Source: a virus. From it: a stretch of 64,000 nt of DNA. Shown here one piece after another: positions 17,096 through 26,783 of the stretch. The notes beneath the pieces are model-generated. The model ran no database searches. It was given only the letters and a program-made list of their open reading frames with translations, and was not told the DNA's origin. The position numbers and the translations under genes are program-made. The stretch lies in the UHGV virus genome UHGV-1362809; one strand, written 5' to 3'. Position 1 is the stretch's first letter. Each line of letters begins with the position of its first letter.

Positions 17096-19912
17096 TTAAA
17101 AGTCTTCTTCGTCAAAATCGTCATCATCCGAATCATCTACGTCAATGTCTACTGCATTAATGAATTTTTTGTATTCTCCGGATTCAATTTGTTCAAAACA
17201 TTTAGCTCTAAGGTTTGGTTTGATACCGAGTTTTTTAATTTCGGCTTTTAATTCCTTATTACCAAATACTTCTGCAAGTATCAGTTTTTTGAATGTTAGC
17301 CAATCTAACTCAACCCCTTCAAAACCTTTGATATTTACACTAAACTTTTTACGGCGTTCACCATCATACTGTCCTGTTTCGTATAAATATGCCCAAGTAT
17401 CAAATACAGGGTCTATGCCTCTACCTTTACCATTACCGTCCTTGAACCAAATACGCTGGTATCCCATTTTAAATGGTGTACCCTTTTTGTTTTTGGTATT
17501 TACAATTTTTTTATACTGATATTTATCAGTACCTCCAGCTACTTCAACGGAATCCTCTTCGCCTTCACTCGTTGAATCACCCTTATCCCAAGTACCCATT
17601 TTTACCGATGTAACAGCAATCGAGGTAAATTCACAGCGTACGTCACTATTATGGGATACTATACCATTAACAACAACAGTATGAGATTTTGGCATATTAA
17701 AATCGCAGACATAACGGGAGGATACCAATTCAGATTTTTTAAAGGAATCCCACATTATTTTATTTTTAATACTATAGGAACACAAGTTCAAAATAGAATT
17801 AAGAATTTCTACGTTTTTAACTCTCTCTTGTTCAGTTCTTAAACCAGAGATATAAAACAAATAGTCCTTTTTATTAGACATTAAATCTCTCATGTCTAAA
17901 TGACGTATATGTTTTTTACCAGTATCTACATATTCAAAAATATACTTAAATATTTTTGATTTTCTAACAGTATAGCTGATACAGTCTACGGGGAAGATAT
18001 ATTTTATATCTTTCCCTGTTGTTTTAAGACCTTTTCTTCTCTCTATAATCTTTCTTTTTCTAGCGGTCATACAACCAACAGTGTCATAAAACAAAGTTAA
18101 ATTATAACCGTATAGCGACAAACCAGCATATTTTGTTCTATTATCCTCTGGGGTATGCCAACTGTTGTTAAAGTAGATCTTTCTACCGCAAATTCCCATG
18201 TTTAACAAAAGCAGATGTATTTGGTCCACCATTTGTCTACTCGCAAGGGCTATTGAATACTGCTTATCTCCAAAACTTCCTTCACAGTCCATAAAACAAC
18301 GCAGAAAATCAATAACATACTCTTTTGGAGCAGTCATAATCAACTCAGGAACTTGTTTTCTTCTTGCCGGCTCATTCCCCGAACATTTTTGTATTAAAAA
18401 CTGTCTAAACCAAGCTGATCTTATTTCTACATAGTAGACATATTTTCTACCAAGATTGTCCTTACTATAAAGTTTTTTTATTTTATAGGGAAGTCTTAAT
18501 TTATTACAGCAATACACAATATCATCAATTATCTCTTTATCTTTATTAACTACAGAACATACGTATTCCCTACAAAAACCCTCGGCTAATACATAACCAA
18601 GCAATCGTGCCAATTCGTGAGTTAGTTTTTTTGGATAATTTTTTATTTCTGTCTTAGAATAAACTAACTTGTCATTAAACGGTTCAAAGTTAAGGGACGT
18701 ATTATTTCCCCACACGTTATAACCATACTTAATAGGAATGAAATGTTTACTATTTAAGGAGGATAAACAAGTCCATTGACTATCCAAAGTATTTTTTCTT
18801 TCTTGTTTACAAATAGTTTTAACTCTATGAGACAAACTACCTGTCATAGAATACCCAAGAGAAGTTGTTATAGTGAGACAAGCTTTCTTACCAAAATTTT
18901 TATAAAGTGCGGGCTTCTCCTTACCAATTTCAGAAAGGACACACCCATCTTTATAATCCCTACCTCGTATAATGCCTTTACTGGTAAAAATATAGTCATT
19001 TTCATCAAAGCAAAAGTATTTCAGCGCATTACCGCAGGGTTCCGTTGTTGGTTTCCCATACATAACCATCGGTTTATCCCTTAACTGATTTACACCATAG
19101 ATAACACAATGTTTACGTCTTAGCAACCCTTTTATTTGAGGAACCCATTTACCGTACTCACGAGCTTGTAGAGCTACACCCGAACTATCTTTATCCTCAT
19201 CTTCTCCAATGTCTTCTGGTATAAATGCTGGGTAGGAGTCTAGCATAAACACAGCTTGAAAGTCAGGACTATCAACAGGACACCAAACTTGCTTTCTCGA
19301 TTTGTCAGCTCCTTTTAAACCCAAAGTATTCATCATCTTGACATGGGTCTTACGACTTGGGTCAAATACCAAATACCACTGGTCTTTTTCTTTTTTGTAC
19401 TTTTTATCGGGCAAATTAAGAAGACGCTCTTTAATTACACCGAACACCTTTTCCATTGTGGTATCGTCATAGTAACGAGCGCAACCGTATTTTTCCGTTT
19501 TTCCTTTTTCATTTTTTAACCCAAAAATGTCGGATAAATCTGCAACCCTACAAATTGCAGGCGTATAAGTACCGTCAACAGAACCTTCCCCGTCAAAATA
19601 ATAACAGGGAATATTATGTCTTACACACTCGCCCAAAAACGAAATACAGTTCGTGGATTTTGATGAAGCTTCACCCCCAAGCAATGTGTACCAACCACTA
19701 CTAACACCGCCACCATAAACTATATTAAGCACCAAGCTATCAGCAGGTAGGCGATAAGGTATATCAATAGAAGAGCCAATACCGACATTACGTTCAATCG
19801 TTTCGATATCCTGCATAGCATACTGAGCAAACTTCTGCTGAAACGACAACTCGACGGGAGCTTCCTTTTTAGGAGATACCTTAACTTTTTTCTCTTTAAC
19901 TTTTTTAGCCAT
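17096..19912 (-). CDS. UvsX/RecA-like recombinase carrying an in-frame 455-aa intein with a LAGLIDADG homing endonuclease domain
   Basis: Extein: RecA-like P-loop LLGGEASSKST, GNALKYF|..|SDVRCEF (RecA GNALKFYASVRL), acidic C-terminal tail. Intein: block A CFDENDYIFT, block B GSLSHRV, LAGLIDADG blocks LLGYVLAEGF and DFLRCFMDCEGSF, blocks F/G YVCDFNMPKSHTVVVNGIVSHN|S. Confidence 0.75.
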   Translation of the reverse strand: MAKKVKEKKVKVSPKKEAPVELSFQQKFAQYAMQDIETIERNVGIGSSIDIPYRLPADSLVLNIVYGGGVSSGWYTLLGGEASSKSTNCISFLGECVRHNIPCYYFDGEGSVDGTYTPAICRVADLSDIFGLKNEKGKTEKYGCARYYDDTTMEKVFGVIKERLLNLPDKKYKKEKDQWYLVFDPSRKTHVKMMNTLGLKGADKSRKQVWCPVDSPDFQAVFMLDSYPAFIPEDIGEDEDKDSSGVALQAREYGKWVPQIKGLLRRKHCVIYGVNQLRDKPMVMYGKPTTEPCGNALKYFCFDENDYIFTSKGIIRGRDYKDGCVLSEIGKEKPALYKNFGKKACLTITTSLGYSMTGSLSHRVKTICKQERKNTLDSQWTCLSSLNSKHFIPIKYGYNVWGNNTSLNFEPFNDKLVYSKTEIKNYPKKLTHELARLLGYVLAEGFCREYVCSVVNKDKEIIDDIVYCCNKLRLPYKIKKLYSKDNLGRKYVYYVEIRSAWFRQFLIQKCSGNEPARRKQVPELIMTAPKEYVIDFLRCFMDCEGSFGDKQYSIALASRQMVDQIHLLLLNMGICGRKIYFNNSWHTPEDNRTKYAGLSLYGYNLTLFYDTVGCMTARKRKIIERRKGLKTTGKDIKYIFPVDCISYTVRKSKIFKYIFEYVDTGKKHIRHLDMRDLMSNKKDYLFYISGLRTEQERVKNVEILNSILNLCSYSIKNKIMWDSFKKSELVSSRYVCDFNMPKSHTVVVNGIVSHNSDVRCEFTSIAVTSVKMGTWDKGDSTSEGEEDSVEVAGGTDKYQYKKIVNTKNKKGTPFKMGYQRIWFKDGNGKGRGIDPVFDTWAYLYETGQYDGERRKKFSVNIKGFEGVELDWLTFKKLILAEVFGNKELKAEIKKLGIKPNLRAKCFEQIESGEYKKFINAVDIDVDDSDDDDFDEEDF
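17648..19012 (-). mobile_element. intein (Hint splicing domain plus LAGLIDADG endonuclease) inside the recombinase gene
   Basis: Cys codon at 19010-19012 and terminal His-Asn at 17648-17653 followed by Ser; two LAGLIDADG motifs. Confidence 0.7.
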
Positions 19913-19968
19913 TTTACAACCTCGAAGTTTAACTTAGAGGGGTAAGTTTCCCTACCCCTCTATCTATA

Positions 19969-21180
19969 TTAGTCCCAATCATCATCGTCATCTTCGTCGT
20001 CTTTACGTTTTGATTTTTTCGACTTCTTTTTGGGTTTTTCGTCTTCGTCTTCATCGTCGTCAAAGTCATCAAAGTCGTCATCATCTTCGTCGTCTTCGTC
20101 GTCTTCGTCGTGCTTCGATGGCTTCTTCTTTTTCTTTACAGGTTTTTCGTCCTCATCATCGTCATCATCATCGTCGCCACGTTTTGACTTTTTCTTTTTT
20201 GACGGTTTTTCGTCCTCGTCTTCATCATCATCGAAGTCTTCATCGTCAGAGTCCTCGTCATCCGATTCATCTTCCTCTTCATCATCTTCGTCATATTTTT
20301 TCTTCTTAGACTTTGGCTCATCAAAGTCCTCCACGTCATCGTCGTCATCAAAGGACTTCTTTTTCGACTTCTTTTTGGGCTTTTCGTCTTCTTCGTCGTC
20401 TTCATAATCAACGGAATCAACATCTTCATCTTCGTTTGTAACCGCAACCTGTTTAAGTTTTTTATATTCTTCCTTAGCTTCCGCCAATGTTTCCATAGGA
20501 ATATTATCAATATCAAAAATAAGATACTTACGTTCTTCCTTTGTCAATGGAGTCACTTTTAAGGAGTCAACACGATATTTAGATTCACCCGCTTTTTCAG
20601 GATTATATCTAATAGAAATATCCATACCATATTTTACGTCATTGACATCATGGCATTCCCCATCGTCACCCGTATTATTAGCACCTAAGTCTTTCAATTC
20701 CTGAACAACACCATAGGGGAGATTTAAAACTACAACAGGTGTCCACGAACTCGATTTAGGATCCTTAATATAGCACTTATAGTCCTCAAAAATAGTTTTA
20801 CGTTGTTCTTCTTTTTCGGTACGGGTAACCTTTTTAGGCTCTTTTTCCTGTTCACGCCTAAAAATAGCGTTCACAAGGTACTTACGACCAGCTTTCGGGT
20901 TTAGATTACAGTATGGGCAATTATTATCAGCAAAGCTATCCGTATCAGCGTCATAGTTAAGACACAACTTAGGGATATTAGCGTGCTTTCCGCTTTTAGT
21001 GTTAATTTCAATCCAGTGAGTCGAATAACCACGAATCGGTCCCAGCAGTCTAAAAACTAACTTTTCACCTGCATAATCGCCAAAGTTAAAAAATGAGATG
21101 TCGCCAAGTATTCTTTTACGTTCACCCGACTGGCGAACTTGGCTAAAGCCTTTCAAACCTTTCATAACATAATTCTCCAA
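19969..21180 (-). CDS. gp32-like single-stranded DNA-binding protein with extended acidic C-terminal tail
   Basis: His/Cys zinc site HWIEIN...C..NNCPYC as in T4 gp32 (His-Cys3). About 170-aa Asp/Glu tail punctuated by KKKSKK blocks. Sits directly upstream of the recombinase. Confidence 0.45.
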   Translation of the reverse strand: MENYVMKGLKGFSQVRQSGERKRILGDISFFNFGDYAGEKLVFRLLGPIRGYSTHWIEINTKSGKHANIPKLCLNYDADTDSFADNNCPYCNLNPKAGRKYLVNAIFRREQEKEPKKVTRTEKEEQRKTIFEDYKCYIKDPKSSSWTPVVVLNLPYGVVQELKDLGANNTGDDGECHDVNDVKYGMDISIRYNPEKAGESKYRVDSLKVTPLTKEERKYLIFDIDNIPMETLAEAKEEYKKLKQVAVTNEDEDVDSVDYEDDEEDEKPKKKSKKKSFDDDDDVEDFDEPKSKKKKYDEDDEEEDESDDEDSDDEDFDDDEDEDEKPSKKKKSKRGDDDDDDDEDEKPVKKKKKPSKHDEDDEDDEDDDDFDDFDDDEDEDEKPKKKSKKSKRKDDEDDDDDWD

Positions 21181-21204
21181 ATGTTGTTATGTGTTTATTT
21201 ACAA

Positions 21205-22119
21205 TTATAAATATTCATTCAAACCAAGAACCTCAAGAGCAAACCCAACGTCCTTTATATTTTTTACCTTAGATATAAAAGTCTTAACATCTATGTTTTC
21301 ATCAGTAGTGTTTGCCTCCATAGGAACTTGTTTTGCCGCTTCATCAATTTCATAAGCAAAGTTATTTATACCTAAGTCCTTACCTTTACTTATATCCAAT
21401 TTTAGTGTTTTATTTATCGAATAAGAACTACCATATTCATAGTCAAATCCAGGATTCAATAAATAGTGCTTAAACTGCCACTGTATAAAAGACGACAAAG
21501 ACCCCTTATCTTCTCTATACTTATCAATACCAGATGAAATCGCAATAACCATTGTCTTAAACAGGTCGTCAATATCTATCTGTGTATGGGAACACATATT
21601 ATACCTAGATATAGTCTGCTTATATGCTAACAAATAATACTTTTGCATTACCTTTTCTTTAAAAGCTAAGTACAGCTTTTGATAAGTCAATGCTTTCAAA
21701 TAAGTAATACCTGCGTATTTAATGGAACAGTCTATTTTATCTAACTGTCGTTTATTTATTGCTCCTTCACTTTCTTGTTCGTCATAGTTTTTTAAATAGT
21801 CCAAAAACAGACATAACAATCTGAAAGATATAGTGCGCTCCATTTTTGAAGTTTTATAGCTATCAAAACAACTTTTATTAGGAGACACAATCGTATTATA
21901 CAAACAACATATAACACCCTTTTTATCTAAGGTAGATAACTTCCTCCTTTTGTTAGCCTGTAGCTGAGACATAATATTAGCACAACACCGTTTTCCTAAA
22001 TTAGTTTTAGAAAAAATACCTTCAATAGCACTATTTAAAAAGGTGTCTAGTACTTCTACAACCTGACCACCAGTTAAGTTCTCCATTTGAGGCAATTTTA
22101 GTATTGTTTGTATATCCAA
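21205..22119 (-). CDS. hypothetical protein
   Basis: 304-aa ORF. Confidence 0.4.
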   Translation of the reverse strand: MDIQTILKLPQMENLTGGQVVEVLDTFLNSAIEGIFSKTNLGKRCCANIMSQLQANKRRKLSTLDKKGVICCLYNTIVSPNKSCFDSYKTSKMERTISFRLLCLFLDYLKNYDEQESEGAINKRQLDKIDCSIKYAGITYLKALTYQKLYLAFKEKVMQKYYLLAYKQTISRYNMCSHTQIDIDDLFKTMVIAISSGIDKYREDKGSLSSFIQWQFKHYLLNPGFDYEYGSSYSINKTLKLDISKGKDLGINNFAYEIDEAAKQVPMEANTTDENIDVKTFISKVKNIKDVGFALEVLGLNEYL

Positions 22120-22130
22120 AATACAAACTC

Positions 22131-23084
22131 CTATTTAACTGATTCTAACGTCTTAATCATTAGTTTCTTAGCCCGAGTCAATAAAAAGTTTTTAGTTACA
22201 TACAGCATAAAGGACTCAGCAAATAATTCCTCTACACTCTTATTAGAGTATTCAGTAACCAAAGTTTGATGGTCTAATAGCTGAACGTGTGTAGGAAAGT
22301 ATTTAGAAATATCAAAACCAGTATCAAATAGCAGACATAAATTCTTATAATTTATACCATGATACTGATAAATATAATCTAACACTTCATCTGATACTTT
22401 TTCATATTCTTCCGTGTATTCTTCTGATATACGAGGCCCAGAATCTTTAAAATCATCCTTTACTGTTTGCAGAATTTGTTTATCTACCCCTGTAACAGTA
22501 TAAGCTGATGAATAAAGTTGCACCCACTTAGACTTAAATGAATCAGATACTCTTGTATCCCATATAAAATGCCCAAATTCATGATATATAGTATTCGTCA
22601 AACTCTCACTAAAATCGTGAGGAAATAAGGACATAATTTTTACTTCGTTACCGTCTTTATCCTCTTTATAGGAAGCCATGCCGTAGGTCTTACCACGGGC
22701 ATTACGTATCTCTACATCTAAAGGAAAGATAAAATCCAACCCTTTTGCCTCCATACGTTTTGCGCAACGACTTAAATCCTTAAATAGGTATTTATTCTCT
22801 TCCTTGTTTACCGACCGAAAATAGTACACTGTGCCATACGGGTCGAGGGATTTTCTCTTATGGTATGGTTCAATTTTTACGCCATATACGTTCCCCGATG
22901 GTGGATTCTTACCTAAATAAGCAATAACTGAGTCTGAGTCGAATGATAAGTATTGAGCAGTGCTTGTATGGGCAGCAGTTTTATCTGTAACAATACCTTT
23001 TTTACCTTTTACGTCCACTATTTTTAATAAACGCTTTTTACCGTTATCGTCTAGCGACACAATATAATCATCTAACTCAAACAT
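22131..23084 (-). CDS. putative zinc metallopeptidase (HExxH)
   Basis: TIYHEFGHFIW motif. Confidence 0.35.
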   Translation of the reverse strand: MFELDDYIVSLDDNGKKRLLKIVDVKGKKGIVTDKTAAHTSTAQYLSFDSDSVIAYLGKNPPSGNVYGVKIEPYHKRKSLDPYGTVYYFRSVNKEENKYLFKDLSRCAKRMEAKGLDFIFPLDVEIRNARGKTYGMASYKEDKDGNEVKIMSLFPHDFSESLTNTIYHEFGHFIWDTRVSDSFKSKWVQLYSSAYTVTGVDKQILQTVKDDFKDSGPRISEEYTEEYEKVSDEVLDYIYQYHGINYKNLCLLFDTGFDISKYFPTHVQLLDHQTLVTEYSNKSVEELFAESFMLYVTKNFLLTRAKKLMIKTLESVK

Positions 23085-23094
23085 TCCAACCTCT

Positions 23095-23556
23095 TTAAAT
23101 TAAGTCCACAAAAATATTAGTGGCATTTTCATTAGTAATTTGTTCAGGCACATAGTCACAAGGTTCGTAAAAGTCCCAATTAGGAAAAGTACCATCAATG
23201 TGTGTCTTCGTGCAAACAAAATAACTACCATCAATATTAACAATAGTGTTTTTATCATAGGACGCACTATTATGCCATACTAAGGGCTCCTGCGTAGGAA
23301 TTTGAGGCATAACTCCACCATCAATAACAACCCGCATCCATCCTGTATAAGAATACATGCTGCCAGTTGTTTTTTCTTTTAAATTAACGGCATTAACAAC
23401 GTCAGTCCAAGTATTTTTATCCGAACTATACTGCACTGTAACAGAGGCACCCGCAAAATTACCTCCAACAACAATAGTTTTTGTATTTCTATCAATAGCA
23501 TATACTTGCACAGGTGTTGAAGTTGAATTGGCTAATCCATTATTTAAGATTCGCAT
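23095..23556 (-). CDS. hypothetical protein
   Basis: 153-aa ORF. Confidence 0.4.
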   Translation of the reverse strand: MRILNNGLANSTSTPVQVYAIDRNTKTIVVGGNFAGASVTVQYSSDKNTWTDVVNAVNLKEKTTGSMYSYTGWMRVVIDGGVMPQIPTQEPLVWHNSASYDKNTIVNIDGSYFVCTKTHIDGTFPNWDFYEPCDYVPEQITNENATNIFVDLI

Positions 23557-23565
23557 ATCTTTCTC

Positions 23566-23982
23566 CTATAATTTTTTAACAATTAAATATTTAAGGGCTA
23601 CTATTAAATGTTTGCAAACACCTATTTTATACTTCGGATTACGCACATCTGGCAAAGCATCTTCTGCATAAATAACATCAGCGGCATTACGCATCGCTTG
23701 AGATACTTCAAAAGTGTAAATCCAACGTCCACAATCACAGGAGGTTTTTATATAAGTACATTGTGAAAGGGGACCGATGTAATTAGGTTCGTCCGTATAA
23801 ATTCTGCATTGATGTATATGAAAAGACCCATCAGACTGTAAAGACCTAACAATAAATTTATACCCGTTGTTTCCGTCTTTAAAAACCTTTTCGATAGCAA
23901 CACTTCTAGACCTAATTATATCAGGCTTCCAACAGTAGTGCAGTATTTGGAGTGGTGACAAATGTTGCAACAATTTAGACAT
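23566..23982 (-). CDS. hypothetical protein
   Basis: 138-aa ORF. Confidence 0.4.
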   Translation of the reverse strand: MSKLLQHLSPLQILHYCWKPDIIRSRSVAIEKVFKDGNNGYKFIVRSLQSDGSFHIHQCRIYTDEPNYIGPLSQCTYIKTSCDCGRWIYTFEVSQAMRNAADVIYAEDALPDVRNPKYKIGVCKHLIVALKYLIVKKL

Positions 23983-24009
23983 AATAACACCTTACTTAAA
24001 ATTATTAGA

Positions 24010-24537
24010 CTAACCTAACTTAGTAGCCTTACAATATAAATCTCCATTTACCTGTATATAGGAATCTAAGTCTTCCCAGTCTACTATATAGTCAGATAAA
24101 TCTTCTTCCTTAATGTCTTTTTCTGAGTGTAGGTTGTAGCTGCAAACAGAATTACCAGAAGAATAAGTACTATTAGGGTCTCCTGTCTTTAAAGGATGCC
24201 AATCGGGAAGGTCGTATCCTTTGTATAATAAATAATAGGCACAGCTAAAAAAGTAGGAATCCGACTGTTTGCGTAAATCCTCTAAATCCACTTTTTCACA
24301 CTGATTATTTTTGAATCTATCCGCATATATTTCACATCTACCAGTATGCAAGTTCAAATGAGAGCAAGCCACAGTTGTTGGGTAAAACTTTTTTTTCTTA
24401 ACCCTACACAAACAGCATCTTCCGCATCCACTACAAATGGCTTCCCATTCTTTTTTATTAAAGTCTTTAAGTGGTTTCAGCTTCCAAAAGTTAGGAGATA
24501 CACCTAACTTAGCGGCATAGTCCTCAACTTTGCTCAT
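24010..24537 (-). CDS. YkgJ/UPF0153-like Zn/Fe-chelating CxxCxxCC-domain protein
   Basis: CSGCGRCCLC motif. Confidence 0.4.
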   Translation of the reverse strand: MSKVEDYAAKLGVSPNFWKLKPLKDFNKKEWEAICSGCGRCCLCRVKKKKFYPTTVACSHLNLHTGRCEIYADRFKNNQCEKVDLEDLRKQSDSYFFSCAYYLLYKGYDLPDWHPLKTGDPNSTYSSGNSVCSYNLHSEKDIKEEDLSDYIVDWEDLDSYIQVNGDLYCKATKLG

Positions 24538-25481
24538 TTATATTTCTCCAAAATTGGATTCATAAATTCGTCCATTTCGTCTGCGGACACATCATTTAAC
24601 GTATATAGATCAATAAATTCATGAGCTAAATCTTTTTTGTATAAACCAAGAGCATCACCATTCCAACCGAGATCTAATGAATTATAATTATTAGACTGAT
24701 AGAAAAAGTAATTTATTGCCCAATACTGTGCCGAGGAAACCAACCCATAAGGTTTGTATTTTTCATCATGAGATAAAGCAATAATACCACAAGAGCCCGT
24801 ACCTCCAATATCTCCAATTTGCATCGCACAAACTACTTTATTTGTTTCCAAATCAGTAGCATACACTATACCAAAAGTATCATCTTCAAGATTCCACGTA
24901 TCGCTACAGGTATTCCAATTCGATTGAGGTTTATCAGAAACGGACATAATATGCTCGCAGTGCTCTGTCCATAGCCCGCAAATTTGGTCTTTTAATTGCT
25001 CATACTCAGGCGAATAAACTCTACAGAAATCCCATTTTACTTGTTTAGACTTAGCTCCAAACAAAATAGAAACATAGGATTTTCTATGCTTTCGCATATA
25101 AGCTTCAAAAGTATCGCAATCCTTATACACAACGGGGGAACCACAATAGCCAGAATATAAAACAAATTTATCTTCATCTGGTATCATAGCAAAAAAAGTT
25201 TTATTGACAGACAAGTTAGTACTATATGGCGGTTCAAAAAAGTATGCTCCCCTTTCATTCTTTCTAAGAATTAAAGGTATTTTATACTCCCCTGCTTCAT
25301 AGTAAAACACACACTCCTGAAAAGGTAAAAATACGTTCCAAAACTTTTTTATAGCATCACAGTTATCCGTAGAAATATAATGCAAATAGTTGGAAATAAA
25401 ACCGTCTGACCAACCTACAAAATTCTTTAAACTTGCACGGCAGTCTTTAATGCTACCAAGTTTAATATGATTTATAACCAT
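24534..25481 (-). CDS. hypothetical protein (modification island)
   Basis: 315-aa ORF, 4-nt overlaps on both sides. Confidence 0.4.
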   Translation of the reverse strand: MVINHIKLGSIKDCRASLKNFVGWSDGFISNYLHYISTDNCDAIKKFWNVFLPFQECVFYYEAGEYKIPLILRKNERGAYFFEPPYSTNLSVNKTFFAMIPDEDKFVLYSGYCGSPVVYKDCDTFEAYMRKHRKSYVSILFGAKSKQVKWDFCRVYSPEYEQLKDQICGLWTEHCEHIMSVSDKPQSNWNTCSDTWNLEDDTFGIVYATDLETNKVVCAMQIGDIGGTGSCGIIALSHDEKYKPYGLVSSAQYWAINYFFYQSNNYNSLDLGWNGDALGLYKKDLAHEFIDLYTLNDVSADEMDEFMNPILEKYK

Positions 25482-26783
25482 TTAACCCTCTACGAAAAAC
25501 TGTTCTGGTTCTACCCAATTACATCCAATATCTTTACGATATTGCAACAAGAATGTTTTTATCTTTTTGATACTCTTGTATGCTTTTTCTTTTGACTTTT
25601 CAAAATCTTTATCATAGCCAACAATATAAGCTTGACGGTCTTCCATCCGATGGTACAACCTGCCATTTTTAGAATATTCTGCTTTCATAGGCATACAATT
25701 TTTATCAGCACCCAAAATAACAAACTTATTGCTTGTAGGCAAAATATTATTATAAATCATTTGAGAACAACAAGTTCCTGAATTAAGACATACGCAAGTA
25801 TAATAACCCTCTTTTACTTTTACTTTTTTCAAACCTGCCATATCAGCATATAGGTCTCCATAATTTGAGCAAATATAAGGAGCAACAAACTGCGTTGGAA
25901 ATCCCTCACGACAGGTAAACTCCATAAACATAGGAGCTCCCTTACTTGGTTTTATACAGTTGAGATCAATATACCCCCTATAATCATTTTCTATTAAATA
26001 AGATTCAAGCCTATTTAAAATCTTATCTACTGCTTTAGGAACCTTATTTCTTTTAACCAGTTTAAATACAGTACCGACTTCACCAGTCAAGATATTAGAA
26101 GTATCCCCTTCCAATAACTGCTTGTATTCTTGGTCAAAAACGACTACATTCCCTACCCAGCCTGTACCGTTAAAATATCCACCGACACATAATTCTTTAC
26201 CATTAATTTTCTTTTCAAGAATACAGGACTTATTTTTTAGATAAGATAAAGAATCTTCATGAATAATATCTAAAGCTTCCTCTTTACTAAAAGGAATATA
26301 GGTGCAGCACTTAGGAGAATTTGATTTAAAAACGACGTCCTTGTGCTTTTTAATAAAGGCTTCCAACTGTCCTATATCTAAGGTATCAATATTAGGAGTC
26401 GCTTTAACACCAAAATCCTCACACATACTTTTACCAAAAGGTCTATCTTCTTCAAGGTCATATACTTTATTCGTGTGAAGATTTATGTTCGGGACATTAT
26501 ATTTTTTAGAAAGATCTACATATTTTTTATAGTTCTTTTCATAATAGTCCTTTTGAGCATTAAAAACTACAAAGTCCGAATTTTTGTATAATCCCTCTAA
26601 ATCTCCATTGTACAAAGTAGTATTAGGATTGGAGCAAATAAAGTCGTCTGACTGCTCTTTTGTATCACAAAAATACAAGTTCAATTTATGACCGCTATCC
26701 AAAAAACTTTTTTGGAGCCCTTGTAAATTTAAAAAGTCTACATATCCAATATTAAAACCCATTTTTTTATTTCCTATGCGCAT
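25482..26783 (-). CDS. putative ATP-grasp-like ligase
   Basis: 433 aa; ILEKKINGKELCVGGYFNG and EGDTSNILTGEVGT segments resemble ATP-grasp central and C-terminal regions; weak. Confidence 0.3.
   Translation of the reverse strand: MRIGNKKMGFNIGYVDFLNLQGLQKSFLDSGHKLNLYFCDTKEQSDDFICSNPNTTLYNGDLEGLYKNSDFVVFNAQKDYYEKNYKKYVDLSKKYNVPNINLHTNKVYDLEEDRPFGKSMCEDFGVKATPNIDTLDIGQLEAFIKKHKDVVFKSNSPKCCTYIPFSKEEALDIIHEDSLSYLKNKSCILEKKINGKELCVGGYFNGTGWVGNVVVFDQEYKQLLEGDTSNILTGEVGTVFKLVKRNKVPKAVDKILNRLESYLIENDYRGYIDLNCIKPSKGAPMFMEFTCREGFPTQFVAPYICSNYGDLYADMAGLKKVKVKEGYYTCVCLNSGTCCSQMIYNNILPTSNKFVILGADKNCMPMKAEYSKNGRLYHRMEDRQAYIVGYDKDFEKSKEKAYKSIKKIKTFLLQYRKDIGCNWVEPEQFFVEG

Noticed and set aside
20030-20407. 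Plus-strand poly-Ser ORFs and the nested minus-strand 20136..20516 ORF
   Set aside because: Antisense or alternative-frame artefacts of the SSB acidic-tail codon repeats.
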